Source: Rhynchopus sp. YZ270_cl-10
Lineage: Eukaryota
Direction of reading: 5' to 3'
Length of the DNA: 64,000 bases
Assembly (NCBI GenBank): GCA_964035575.1
Contig: OZ037833.1
Coordinates: 1,860,001 to 1,924,000, forward strand
Under the pieces are notes generated by a model. It was given only the letters and a program-made list of their open reading frames with translations. It had not been told where the DNA came from and ran no database searches. Below, in pieces: positions 12,690 through 23,330 of the stretch (positions within the stretch are counted from its first letter, which is position 1; the number at the start of each line of letters is the position of its first letter). The position numbers and the translations under genes were made by a program.

Positions 12690-14829
12690 TTACTTCGCCT
12701 CCTTTTCTCTGAGCTCCTCATAGTGGAGTTTGAGGTGTTGTTTGAGGGTTTCGCGTTCAGATGCTTCGATGCGTTGACGCTTCTTTTTGCTTTCCTGGGT
12801 TTCCTTCTTTTGTTCGCGAAGCTGGCGCTTCGAGAGTACCTTGTAGGAGGCACGGTCCTTCTTTGCCCACCAACGCTCCGTGTCAGGTTCACCTGTCGCA
12901 CCTTCGGGCTTCTTACCAGGCTTACGCTTCTTTTTGACCTCCTTCTTCGCTTCTTGCTCCACAGCCGGTTGCGCAGCAGCCATCTCCTTCACCTTCAGAG
13001 CTAACAGATCCTCAGCCTGCGTGGGTGAGATCTCAGACGCAACACACAACTCATCGAGGTCGTTGCACAGCGTCTCTGCCGCAGACACATCGATGTGCGC
13101 CATGCACATCCCCAGACGTGCTGTCACCGCCGCATCCGTCTTGCCCAGCTTCTGCACACGCTTGAAGCGCTCTGCAGCTGCCTCCCATCTGCGGTGCTTC
13201 AGGAGAAGCTTCGCGCTCTCCTCTGTCAAGGTAAGAACGTTCGCAGCGTTGCCCTCTGTGGTCCAGTAGGCAATCGCCTCGTCAAGCACCTCGAGCGCAT
13301 CGTCGATGCTGCCCTGGCGTTCGTAGGCAACAACAAGCGTCGCAGCAAGGCCCAGCTCGTGCTTCAGCTTCTCCACCCCACGCAGCGCTTCCACAGAGCG
13401 ACGCAGGTCCCCCTGCTTGAGATGCACCTGAGCCTTCAGAAGAAGCACATCCGTCATGTCCCCAGCAGCCCCGTGCTTCTCGAGGTGTGCCACCAACAGC
13501 TCCTCTGCCTTGTTGTGCTGTGGGGTGGTGGTGGTGGTGTGGTGTGAGGGTGTTGGCGATGGGTCATACCTTTCCCTCCTGGCATAGGATCGACGCCAGC
13601 GCGACGGCGCCCAGGGAGGACGTCGGGTCGTCCTTTGCGAGCGAGTCTGCGAGGGCACGTCCCTGCACCTTCTGCCCGAGGAGGCCCATCAGGATGCTCT
13701 GTTGTTGAAAAAGCGGTATTTTGAGAAAGTTCGTTTAGTTGTCAAGCATACCGTGTTGAACCGCACAGCAAGCCTCTGCGAGGTGTTGAGTTTCGAGTCA
13801 AAGCTCGCACTGCGGAGCGGCTTCATTCTCTTGAAGGCGTCGAAGATGGTGCCGTCCTCTTGGCGCACTGCGCAGAGGTTATTGCTTGCGACGGCGAGCG
13901 TTGCGAGGGAGGTGGGCTTTCTGCGCATGACCTCGTTGAGGATGGCGAGGGCCTCTGTATCGTCACCTTGACGCGAGGCAATGTAGGCTCGCTGCACACG
14001 TACGCTGGCAAGGTCGTCTGCGAGGGCGTCCTTGTCGAAGTCGCCACCTTCCATGTGGAACTCCTTCATGTCACGCTCAGCAGAGAGCAGTGCCTTGTTC
14101 GCGCTGTCCCACTCCTCCTTCTGCAGGAACACACACGCTTTGTTGAAGAGAAGGTCGTGTGTCAGGTCGCCGTTCGGCAGACCCAAGATCTTCACCGCAT
14201 CCGCAAAGTCGCCGTTTCCAATCTCCGCCGCACTCAGGTTGCACAAAATCTCCTCGTCGTCCTCACCCTGCGCCGCCCGCTGCTCCTTCAGCAGCACCAC
14301 CGCTGCCGCGTAGTTCTCCTTCTTATACTCAATCTGCGCCTTCAAATGCCGGATCGCTTCCTCAGTCGCCTCGGTTGCGGAATATAATTTGAGCGTCTCT
14401 TCGGCCTTATCCAGCTTGTTCACTCTGTAGTACGCGTATGCCAGGTGCAGTGCGTGGCGCTTTAATGTCCGCTCCGATTCGCCTTCCAAATACTGTTGGG
14501 GTGGAGGGTGTTGTGGGGGGAAGAGTGGTGGTGGTGGTGGTACCTTTATGCAGTCAGCGTGGCGATTGCTTGTGACCAGTGTGTGCACCTTGCATGTCAC
14601 TGCGTCCTCATCACCCGGGATGAGCTTCAGGATGTGGTCGCATATTTGGAGCGCTTTCTGTAATTTAGTTGATTTTTTTTTGAGCGTTTTTTTGTAAATC
14701 ATGCCCAAAACATAGAATCATAGCTTCCTCACATACCTTCGGGGATCCCGTTTCACGTGCAAGCTCTGCGAAAAGGCGCCCAGCCTCCTCCTTCTTCTGG
14801 GCGGCGAAAGATTGGCTCTTCGCAGCCAT
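12690..14829 (-). CDS. SRP72: Signal recognition particle subunit SRP72; 5 exons
   Basis: TPR repeats, LAYAYYRVNK, VASNNL, and the C-terminal RNA-binding motif KKKRK...PDTERWWAKKDRASY; GT-AG introns at 14658-14736, 14493-14543, 13699-13751 and 13518-13569 join in frame. Confidence 0.9.
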
Positions 14830-15771
14830 TTTTTTGTTTTTTTTGCTTTAGTTGTAGCTTCCCTCCCTGTGGTGTGTGTAGTCAAAACAAAAAAATGGGA
14901 AATAGGGATAACAGTAGCCCGAAGGGGCACAAAGTCGGTTCACAAAAAGGGTGGGGTTCTTTTCTGTTTATAAGACAACACCACCTTTTCAACCAAGGGA
15001 CGTCTGTCTCACGCCGTGCTGTTTTGTTTTTTTTAACCCCATATGTCCTGTTACATTCGTCTCGCTACCGTTTCGAAGGAAAAGCTAACCGAAAAAAAAG
15101 CAAATCCTGAGATGCAAAAAAATCCTACCCCTCACGAGGTAACCGCCCTTACACGTAGAGATAATACTTCATAATGAATCATTTGTTTATATAAAAGAGA
15201 ACGGCGGATGAGATGAATCTAAGCTGTGCTCAGTCACCAAAGTGTTTTATGTTGGCATAGACAAGAAGCAGTCGGTAATACAACTTCGAGTCAAGTCGCT
15301 GTGCTTAGTAGGGGGAACCAGGGGGGGAAAAAATGCCCTTTTCTCTAAACACAAAGACGTTATGGAGTTCGAAAGTGTCAGTGCTGACGAATCCCCCTCC
15401 ACTCTTACCCCTTTTTTGTCATTTTTTTTTTTGCTTTTTTGTTGGTTTTTTTAAAATAGGGTTAAAAAATGTTTTCAAAAAAAAAACGTTTTCGAAAAAG
15501 AAAAACCTCCCCTCCCGGTTAACCTAGAGTATCAACGAACCGACTGCAGTGGGTAATGGATGCTCGCTGTGATGTGAGTTGTGTTTATGGGGTGTTGTTG
15601 TGGAAAAAACAAAGAAAAACTGCAAATCGACCAGGGAAAGTTGTTCAGATGATCCTAAGGCTCTCAGGAGTCACCGATACGCGAAAAACAGAAGCGCTGA
15701 AGTTGGAAGGGCAAACGCCGGACACAGCATCAATTTTCCGGGGTGGGGAAATATGGGAGGGGGTGGTATAC

Positions 15772-18700
15772 CTGTCAAGCCCAGCCTCAAGCAGGATCCG
15801 TAGGAACATATCACCACTCACAAAGCCCTGAGACCGCAGCTCATGTTCCTCCATTGAGAGCTGGATGTCTTCCTCAGAGGCGTACTCCTCGTCCTCGTCA
15901 ACGCTGTCCTCTCCTCCCTGATGGTTGTTTTTGAATTTTTTTTTGTTTTGAATTCGATGTAGTCAGATCTCCAAGTTTTTTTCAAACAACCCACATCGAT
16001 TCTTCATTCAACACCCCCTTGAAGGACGAGAGACGATGACCCCTTTACAAAAAATTTTCCATACCAAGAGATCCCAGCCCTGCAAAATGCTGTTCTTTTT
16101 GAACGGTGTTGGCTCAAAGCTTTTCTCCTCCGGATCGCCTGGGACGAGGTACTGGGTGCGGCCGACTAGGTAGGGGTACTTTGTGGAGGCTGGCGGGGTG
16201 GCAACGTGCACGTCTTCATCGAGACCCATCGCGACACGTGCCTGGTCTACGAGCCAGACGAGCTTCTTGATGCCCATGCGAGGCGGGAGGTGGGCAACAA
16301 CCTCTCTCAGCGTGTCCTTGTCCTTGAAGACGTGCATCTCCTGCAGCACAGTCTCCATGTTCTTCTTCTCAAGATACGGCACCTCCACGTGCATGTCCCA
16401 CATCTCGTGGTTCAACCCCAAATACGCCAAAGCCTCCAGCGACGAAGTGGTGACAATCACCATGAGCTTCCCCTTCCCTGTAGGCCGCTTCGACAGCAGC
16501 TGTTGGATGGAATGCTGCAAATACGTGCCGCTCATCTTCGAGGAGCGGTGGTCCATGATCAGCTCCAGTTTGTCTAGGATGATGCAGCTGCGCTCCACGA
16601 GGTACGCATTTTCAAACACCTCCTTGATCCGGTCCGCCTCCTCTGATTCTGTCTGCCCAACAAAATCATCCATCGAGAGCAAATGCACGAAGGGGAAGCC
16701 AGAGCGGCGGGCAACATAGGATGCCACGGTGCTGAGGCCGGACCCTTGCTGGCCTTGGATAACGAGACGCATCATCTTGTGGCGTTTGCTTCGTGTCACT
16801 TGGTGGACCGGTCGGTCAAATTTTGTGAGCAACGCAGAAAACGCTTTTGAGTAGTGAATGATACCACGCTCCAGGTTTTGCGAGACAGAGCGAGAGGAGC
16901 CCACAGAGGGGGAGACCTCTTGAAGTGCACGCAGGAAGTGTTCCATGGTGATCTTGATGCGCTGCTTTTCGAGGTCAGCATCGGAGTTGAGAATCTCACC
17001 CAAGGCATGGGAGGTGGCACTCTTCACAATGCCCTCGATGTCTGCCCCTGTGTACGAAGGTGTGTCGCGCGCAAGCTGGCGGAAGTCTACGTCCGGACCA
17101 AGGTACTGTGCATCCCTGCTCTGCTTCGTCAAGATCTGGAAGATCTCGTGTCGCCCATTCTCATCCGGAAGAGGCATCTTAATCTTGACCTCAAACCGCC
17201 CAGGTCTCAGCAACGCCTTGTCCACGGCATCCAGCTTGTTGGTAAGACCAAGCACCAAAAGGTTCCCCTTATCCTCAAGCCCGTCCATCAAGGTGAGCAG
17301 CTGTGTGGTCACGCCATCGTAGACAGCCTTCGCGCCGGACCCATCGCCCCCACCCCTGGGCTTCATGATTGCGTCCATCTCGTCGAAGATGATGAGGTGC
17401 AGCCCTGGGTCCACCTTCACCTCGTCCATCACTTCTTCGAAAAGATCGCGCAGGTTGCTTTCGCTTTGCCCGACGTATTTGCTGAGGATCTCGGGGCCGG
17501 AGACGGCGTGGACCTTAGAGGCTCCGAGGATGTCTCCGATCTTGCGTGCAAGAAGTGTCTTTCCGGTGCCAGGAGGACCGTGCAGGACAACACCACGAAC
17601 ATGGCGGATGCCAAGCTTTTTGAGGACAGTGTCATCCTGCAGACGGCTCGCAAAGGCACGTCGGAAGAGCTGTTCAAACTCAGGTCCAAGCCCGCCCACC
17701 CCAAGGTCCACGAAGTTCCCAAGCTTCAGGTTGCGAAGCTTCTTCTTGGCGCCAGACTGCGTCCGCACGGCGTTGTAAAGAACCGTTTCGTGCTGCTCGT
17801 TGTCCGACCCGGTCGCAATCACCACCAAGTCAAGACTCATTGAGGGCTCCATCTTCTGTGTCGTGCAGGTAATAAGCTGCGAAGGCGATGACGCAGCGTG
17901 CTTCACATTCTCACAAGGAATACGGTTGTCCCTGTCGTCCGACGGAAGCAAGAATATTTGCGTGCTGGGCACACCGTTGATGACGTCGTTGTTCCCAAAG
18001 TTTTGTCCATGGATGCTGAGCTCAATGACTTCGTTGGGTTCGCACTCTGTGGTCGTCTGGATTTTCCCGTTGAGCTTTGAGTCTTTGCATCCGTTAACCC
18101 TTTCTACGACGGGTTTTGTGAAGTGGGTGCCGAAGAGCTCTTTGAGGATGTCCTTTGCGAGGGCGTCTGCTTCGGAGCTTTCTTTTGTTTGATGGACGGC
18201 GGGGACGCCTTGGAGGGCGGCACCGTCTTTGAGGATGTGGATGTGGTTGAAGTCTGCGAGCGCGACGTAGCAGTAGGCCGTGCTGGCCTCCTTGGTGTCC
18301 ACCACGACGAAGGCAGCGGTAGCCCCGCCCTGCTGCTCTGAGGGCGGCACCTCATCGGCAAAGAGCATGTACCTCTTCCTCCCATCCTGCTCGTCTGTGT
18401 ACCGCAGACTCTCCCCATCATCCACAATGCTCACAAAATGCCCATTCCCCATATCCCACCGCCCCGAAGGATTCGACACATCCTGCACACCCACCACAGG
18501 CCCAACAGGCGGTACAGTAAACGTCATCGGTACCGACCATGCCACAAAAGGGGCCTGCGGTGGAACCCCCTTCTCCTGTGTCGTCGCAAGGACCCGGTAA
18601 GGCGACCGTGCTGCAATCTTCCACACCCCGTCGGTGCTGTAAAAGAGCAGCGTCTGCGTGCCTTTGAACCAAACGTGCTCGCCGTTCCAAAGCCCGGCAA

Positions 18701-19704
18701 GGTGGAGTTCATATCTTCCTGCAAGGAGGGGCGAGCTCGGGCAGTGGATTTGAAGGCTTTTGTGCTGTTGTGGGTTTGGGATGAAAAGGTTTTGGGGGGG
18801 AAGAAAACTAGGGTCATGGGATGCTGGGTTTGAAAATGGCTGTCCCGTTTGTAGAGACGGTTGTTTGGGATGTCAATGATATGATAAAAGAAAAGAAAGG
18901 GAAACCAAAAGTACATACGACGCCTGCTGCAGGGGGGTTCTGTGTGCCGATGAGGAGTGTGAGTGGCGATGGGGGTAAGTTGAGTTCGACTGCATCGATG
19001 GGTGTCTCGAAGAGGTCGTACTCGTCGCCCAGGTCTGCCTGCAGGTCTGCAAGCTGCTGGCGGACGTGCGGGGGGAGGCGCTCCTCAAAGGCTTGGTTCT
19101 GTGCGGCTGTGGCTGCGTCCTGCAGGCGACGCTCCTCTGCAGCCGCAGCTGCTTCCTCCTGCCGCTTCTGCTCCTGTACTGCCTGCTCCTGTTGTTGTTG
19201 CTGTTTCTGCTTCAGCGCATCCTGCTGTTGTTTCAAAGCAGCCCGTTGTTGTTCCTGTTGCTTCTTGAGAGCCTCATTGGCAGCATCCTCTTGCTGTTTT
19301 TTAAGTGCCGCGTTGGCAGCATCCTGCTGTTGTTTCTTAATCGCAGCATTAGCCGCATCCTGCTGCTGTTTTTTAATTGCAGCATTGGCAGCATCCTCTT
19401 GCTGTTTCTTGAGTGCCGCGTTGGCCGCATCCTGCTGTTGTTTCGCTGCAGCCCTTTGCTGTTCTTGTCTCTGTTTGAGATCCTCCTGCTGCTGTTTAAG
19501 TGCATCCTGTTGCTTCTGCTTCAGAGCCGCCTGCTCTGCCAGTTTCTTCTGCTGTTCCCTCTGTGCAGCTTGCTGCTGGTGTAATTCGGCCTGTTGCCGT
19601 TCTTCGGGGGTCACTCCTTTCCCCGCATCCCCACTGTCCACGTTGTCGCTGCGTGCAGGTGCTGCAAGGCACAAACACACGAAGAGACCTACACGAAGTA
19701 ACAT
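15772..19704 (-). CDS. NSF/Sec18-like AAA+ ATPase fused to a signal peptide, Q-rich repeats and an IPT/TIG-like domain; 3' end uncertain
   Basis: GVGGL..EF.QLFRRAFASR, GPPGTGKT, LHLIIFDEMDAI, ALLRPGRFE; degenerate D2 (GQQGSGLST); intron 18765-18918 joins ORF 18814-19704 in frame to ORF 16008-18626; intron 15918-16064 adds an acidic exon. Confidence 0.8.
19262..19443 (-). repeat. Coding tandem repeat, 36 bp x5 (KQQQDAANAALK)
   Basis: Five 12-aa units visible in the translation. Confidence 0.9.
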
Positions 19705-20501
19705 AGTGTGTTCTCGGTCGTACTATCTCCCCATGTGGAGTAGTGTTTTCCCTATAAAAATGATTTTGAGACAAAACAAAGAAGTTGAAAGTGCAAATGC
19801 CTCACTGTTCATCGGTGGACGCAGGATCGATCAAATGTAAGGGTAAGATTGTTTCATATACTAACTATTCTACTGAATAGAAGGTATAATAGGCTAAGAT
19901 GAATACAAAGGGGGTAGGGTGGTCAATTGTTCAGTTGTTTTGTTTTTTGTTTAGTTTTTTCCCGAAAATAGGTTTTTTGTGTTTTGTTTTTTTTTTTGTT
20001 CTTTCATCCAATACTTTCCCCCTCCCACAAAAACCCCTTCTGAACAGCCAACCACCAGACATGAGAACATGCTGTGTTGGCGTAACATTTTTTTTTTCTT
20101 TTGATTTTTTTTTTACTTTTTTTTTAAACTTCCCCCCCCTCCGTGTAGAGTGCTGCGATAATGGATGCACCAGAGCAAAATAAAAATAAAAATCAGACAA
20201 AAAAAAACTCCCTGCGTCAAGAAACAACAAGAAAAAATATACAAAAAATGTAAAGATGAAGGCACCTCTCATGCATGCATCTAAAAAAAACCTCCCGGGG
20301 AAATGAAATGGGAGTAAGGGAGTGTGAAGGACTGTATGGATAACGAGAATACCAGAATCAGCTGACGCAAATTCCGTCTTTTTTTTGTTGTGTAGGAGTC
20401 ATGAAACTCATTGAGAAACAAGCGACTTTGAGGGGAAAGGGGGGGAGGGTGGGAAGTGGAATAGAGGAGGGGGAGTGAGAAATATATATTACTGTGCATT
20501 G

Positions 20502-21364
20502 CAGGGCTATTTCTAAATATGGGGTCCGGGGGGTCCAAAATCCAATCCGGGACACAAATTTTTTGGCAGATTTATTTTGTGCCAAAAACGTCCTTATTTG
20601 CATTTTTGGGATTCACCCGTGCAGTGGTGGGGTCAATCTCGAAAATTGGACAATTTTTTGACCACTTAAGTTTTTGAAAATATGAGCCCAGCCACTTATA
20701 TGTGGGGCCCATTTTCGGCCAAAAAATGCTGCTCAAAAAAAATTTCCCCTGAAAATTTTTCAGCCCTAAAACATGCCGCGACTGGCATTTCCGGAATATG
20801 TCCGCGCTGTGGTGGGGTCACTTTGCCGAAATGGCCAAGTTCTTTGTCCTTTGTCCTTTGGTCAAAATGAGTGTAAGGTAAGGGACCAAGGTAAATCCCA
20901 CAACCCAGATTTTCTCTCCCTGATGCTGAAACATGAAAATGCGCGAAAACACCGGCATTTGCATTTCCGGAATCCGTCCGTTCTGTGGTGGGGTCAATTT
21001 GCAGAATTGGGCAAGTTCTTGGTTTTGGTCAAAATGAGTGCAGTGCCAGTGTGATGTTAGTGTAGAGAACAAGTTTTCAAAGAAATCCCCTCATAGCACC
21101 TCCGGCACGTGGCCTGGTGCGCCCTCCAGGTTTTTTCAGAATACACCAAAACCCCCGTTATTTGCACAATCTGGAAGAAAACTTTTCAACAAAAAAAAAA
21201 TCGGCAACTTTCTTCAAGCAGAAAGCCCATCCCCCCCCTCTCTGTAAGTACTGTAGTACGTGCAAATGTTTTGGCAGCCCTGTATATGAGCCCCGTGCAA
21301 ATTTTTTGGCAACTTTCATTTTCCAAAAATCAGGGACAGGGACAGGTTTTTAGAAATAGCCCTG
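20502..21364. mobile_element. Non-autonomous hAT-type MITE with 16-bp TIR and 8-bp TSD
   Basis: TIR CAGGGCTATTTCTAAA (20502-20517 and 21349-21364); GTGCATTG duplicated at 20494-20501 and 21365-21372. Confidence 0.93.
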
Positions 21365-21751
21365 GTGCATTGCATAACAAAAAAAAAATTTTTTTGTGTG
21401 ATAAACTTCATTCTCGACAGTTGGTAAGATGAAAGATGATACTTAAGCTTCACCTCAAAAACTTGGAACACAAAAAAAGAAACTTCACATTCACACCCGC
21501 CTCAAAAAAACACAAGGCTGTGACAAAAAGCTCTAAGACCCCAAAAAAAACGATACATTCCAGGGTCTGGCATAAAAAAAAAATCCGACTTTCTTGCTTT
21601 TTGTAAAAAAAAAAAATTACCCCTTCTAATCACATCTGTCGCCACTCCGTATCGGCAATCTCCTTCATTTTCCCACCCCCGTTTCTTTCTTATTCGTTTG
21701 TACACTGTTTTTTTTTTTTGCCAGCATTTCCCCCCCCCTCCCGTTCATTTC

Positions 21752-22570
21752 TCACCTTGCGAGACCTTCTGCGATAGCGTTTAGTTGTGTGTTCAGCTGC
21801 AGGCCTCGTTCGTGGAGGGTTTTTGCCTCATTGTCTACTCTCTCTGCCGCAACCTTCTCGAGACTCTCTTCAATCCATTCGAGTCTATCGAGGGACGCTC
21901 CTGGGCCGTTCTTCACACAGATTCCTTTAAACCACGAGGTCCATTCTGACACGGAGACACCACCATCGGAGTTGCAGTCCAACTCCGAGAACAGAACCTT
22001 TGCGGCTAATGGGGTTTGCTTGAGCACACTGAGAAGCTCCTGTTTGTCAACTTCACCGTTCCAGTCGAGGAGGGAGTCGATTTTGCTGAAGACAGAGCTG
22101 ACGCGTTCTTCGATTTCAGGGGTCCAACCGTCGGCTGGGTTGTCCATCCTGCGAGATTCAATCCATCCCAGAAGAGAAGCAGTGTTTGTGCATCCTGCAA
22201 GCCAAGAGTTCCATTCCTTTACAGTGACAACGTCGTCTTCAGGTTTCAGGCCAGGGATGAGGGCGTCGACCGAAGATTCATCTAGGTTGAGGATGAGGAG
22301 CAGTTTATCCCACGAAACGCTTTCCTCTTCGTCACCGGTAAGGAGTTTGAAGACGCGTAAGCTTTCTTCCCCGGCATCGCCTGCCAAGGTCTTGGCCTTT
22401 TCCGTCATCAGCATTGCGACCAGGACCTCCCCCACCTCCTCCTTGCTAGGCCTCATCCGCAACAGCTCTGACGCCATTCTCTCAAACAGAATCGGTGCCC
22501 CCACCTCATCAAAGTATTTTGCACTCTCATTTGGGTCCAATTTTGTGTCGAATGTTAGCTTGCTTGCCAT
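21752..22570 (-). CDS. EF-hand protein with an N-terminal RIIa/Dpy-30-like dimerisation helix pair
   Basis: DCNSDGGVSVSEW and DWNGEVDKQEL EF-hand loops; YFDEVGAPILFERMASELLRMRPS resembles a D/D domain. Confidence 0.7.
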   Translation of the reverse strand: MASKLTFDTKLDPNESAKYFDEVGAPILFERMASELLRMRPSKEEVGEVLVAMLMTEKAKTLAGDAGEESLRVFKLLTGDEEESVSWDKLLLILNLDESSVDALIPGLKPEDDVVTVKEWNSWLAGCTNTASLLGWIESRRMDNPADGWTPEIEERVSSVFSKIDSLLDWNGEVDKQELLSVLKQTPLAAKVLFSELDCNSDGGVSVSEWTSWFKGICVKNGPGASLDRLEWIEESLEKVAAERVDNEAKTLHERGLQLNTQLNAIAEGLAR

Positions 22571-23330
22571 TGTTACCGTTGTAAATTTGTTGTGTTACTT
22601 TCCAAAAAAAAAAAATATAGAGGGGCGTTCAAAAGAAAATAAAAGAAAATACAAAAAAGATTAAGTAGTGTTGTGTATAGTTTTGTCTGTTAGGGGGGGG
22701 GGTTGAAAAATGTTTTTTTTTTTGTTTTGAAAGTGATTTTTGTGCTCTGTTTAGATCAGAGGTTGTTGGTAAATAGAGGAAGAGAAGAGCGCGTTACTTT
22801 GCATGAGGGTAGGGTGTGAGAAAGGGGAGAAAGGTAGGTGGAAAAATAGTGGGGGGGAGAGATGGGGGGTGAGGGAGGGTGTTTGTGTGGATACCACAGT
22901 ACGAATGGAAAGGAACAGAGGACATTAAAAAGACTAGGGGAGAGAATGGGTGGGGTTGATTAGGTAAAAAAAGATAAAAACTTTTTTTTTTTTTCACAAA
23001 AAAAAAAAATCGGTGAGTGTCTTCTGCTGTTGGAGCGGTGGAGCGTGGTGCAGGTTCAGAGGTCCGGTACGCCGTACAGAAAATGACCTGAGGTTTTAAA
23101 AATACACCAAGGCAACAGGATTGAAATACCTGTACACAGAGCAGTTGGTCTGTGTGTCCCTTTTCAAGTTGCAGCTACACAAAAAAATACGAGCGGGGAA
23201 GATACGCTCCATACAAAGGTTAAGGAACGCTCAAAAATAGATAAAAAATATACTGATTCTTGGAAAGAACGGAAAGTGTCTGTTCCCAGCACTTAAAAAT
23301 AGACTGAAACGTAACGGAAAAAGTCAAAGA

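Noticed and set aside
20502..21364. This MITE as a deletion derivative of the 33914-37711 hAT
   Set aside because: The TIRs share only CAGGGCT, the TSD lengths differ (8 versus 6) and there is no internal similarity
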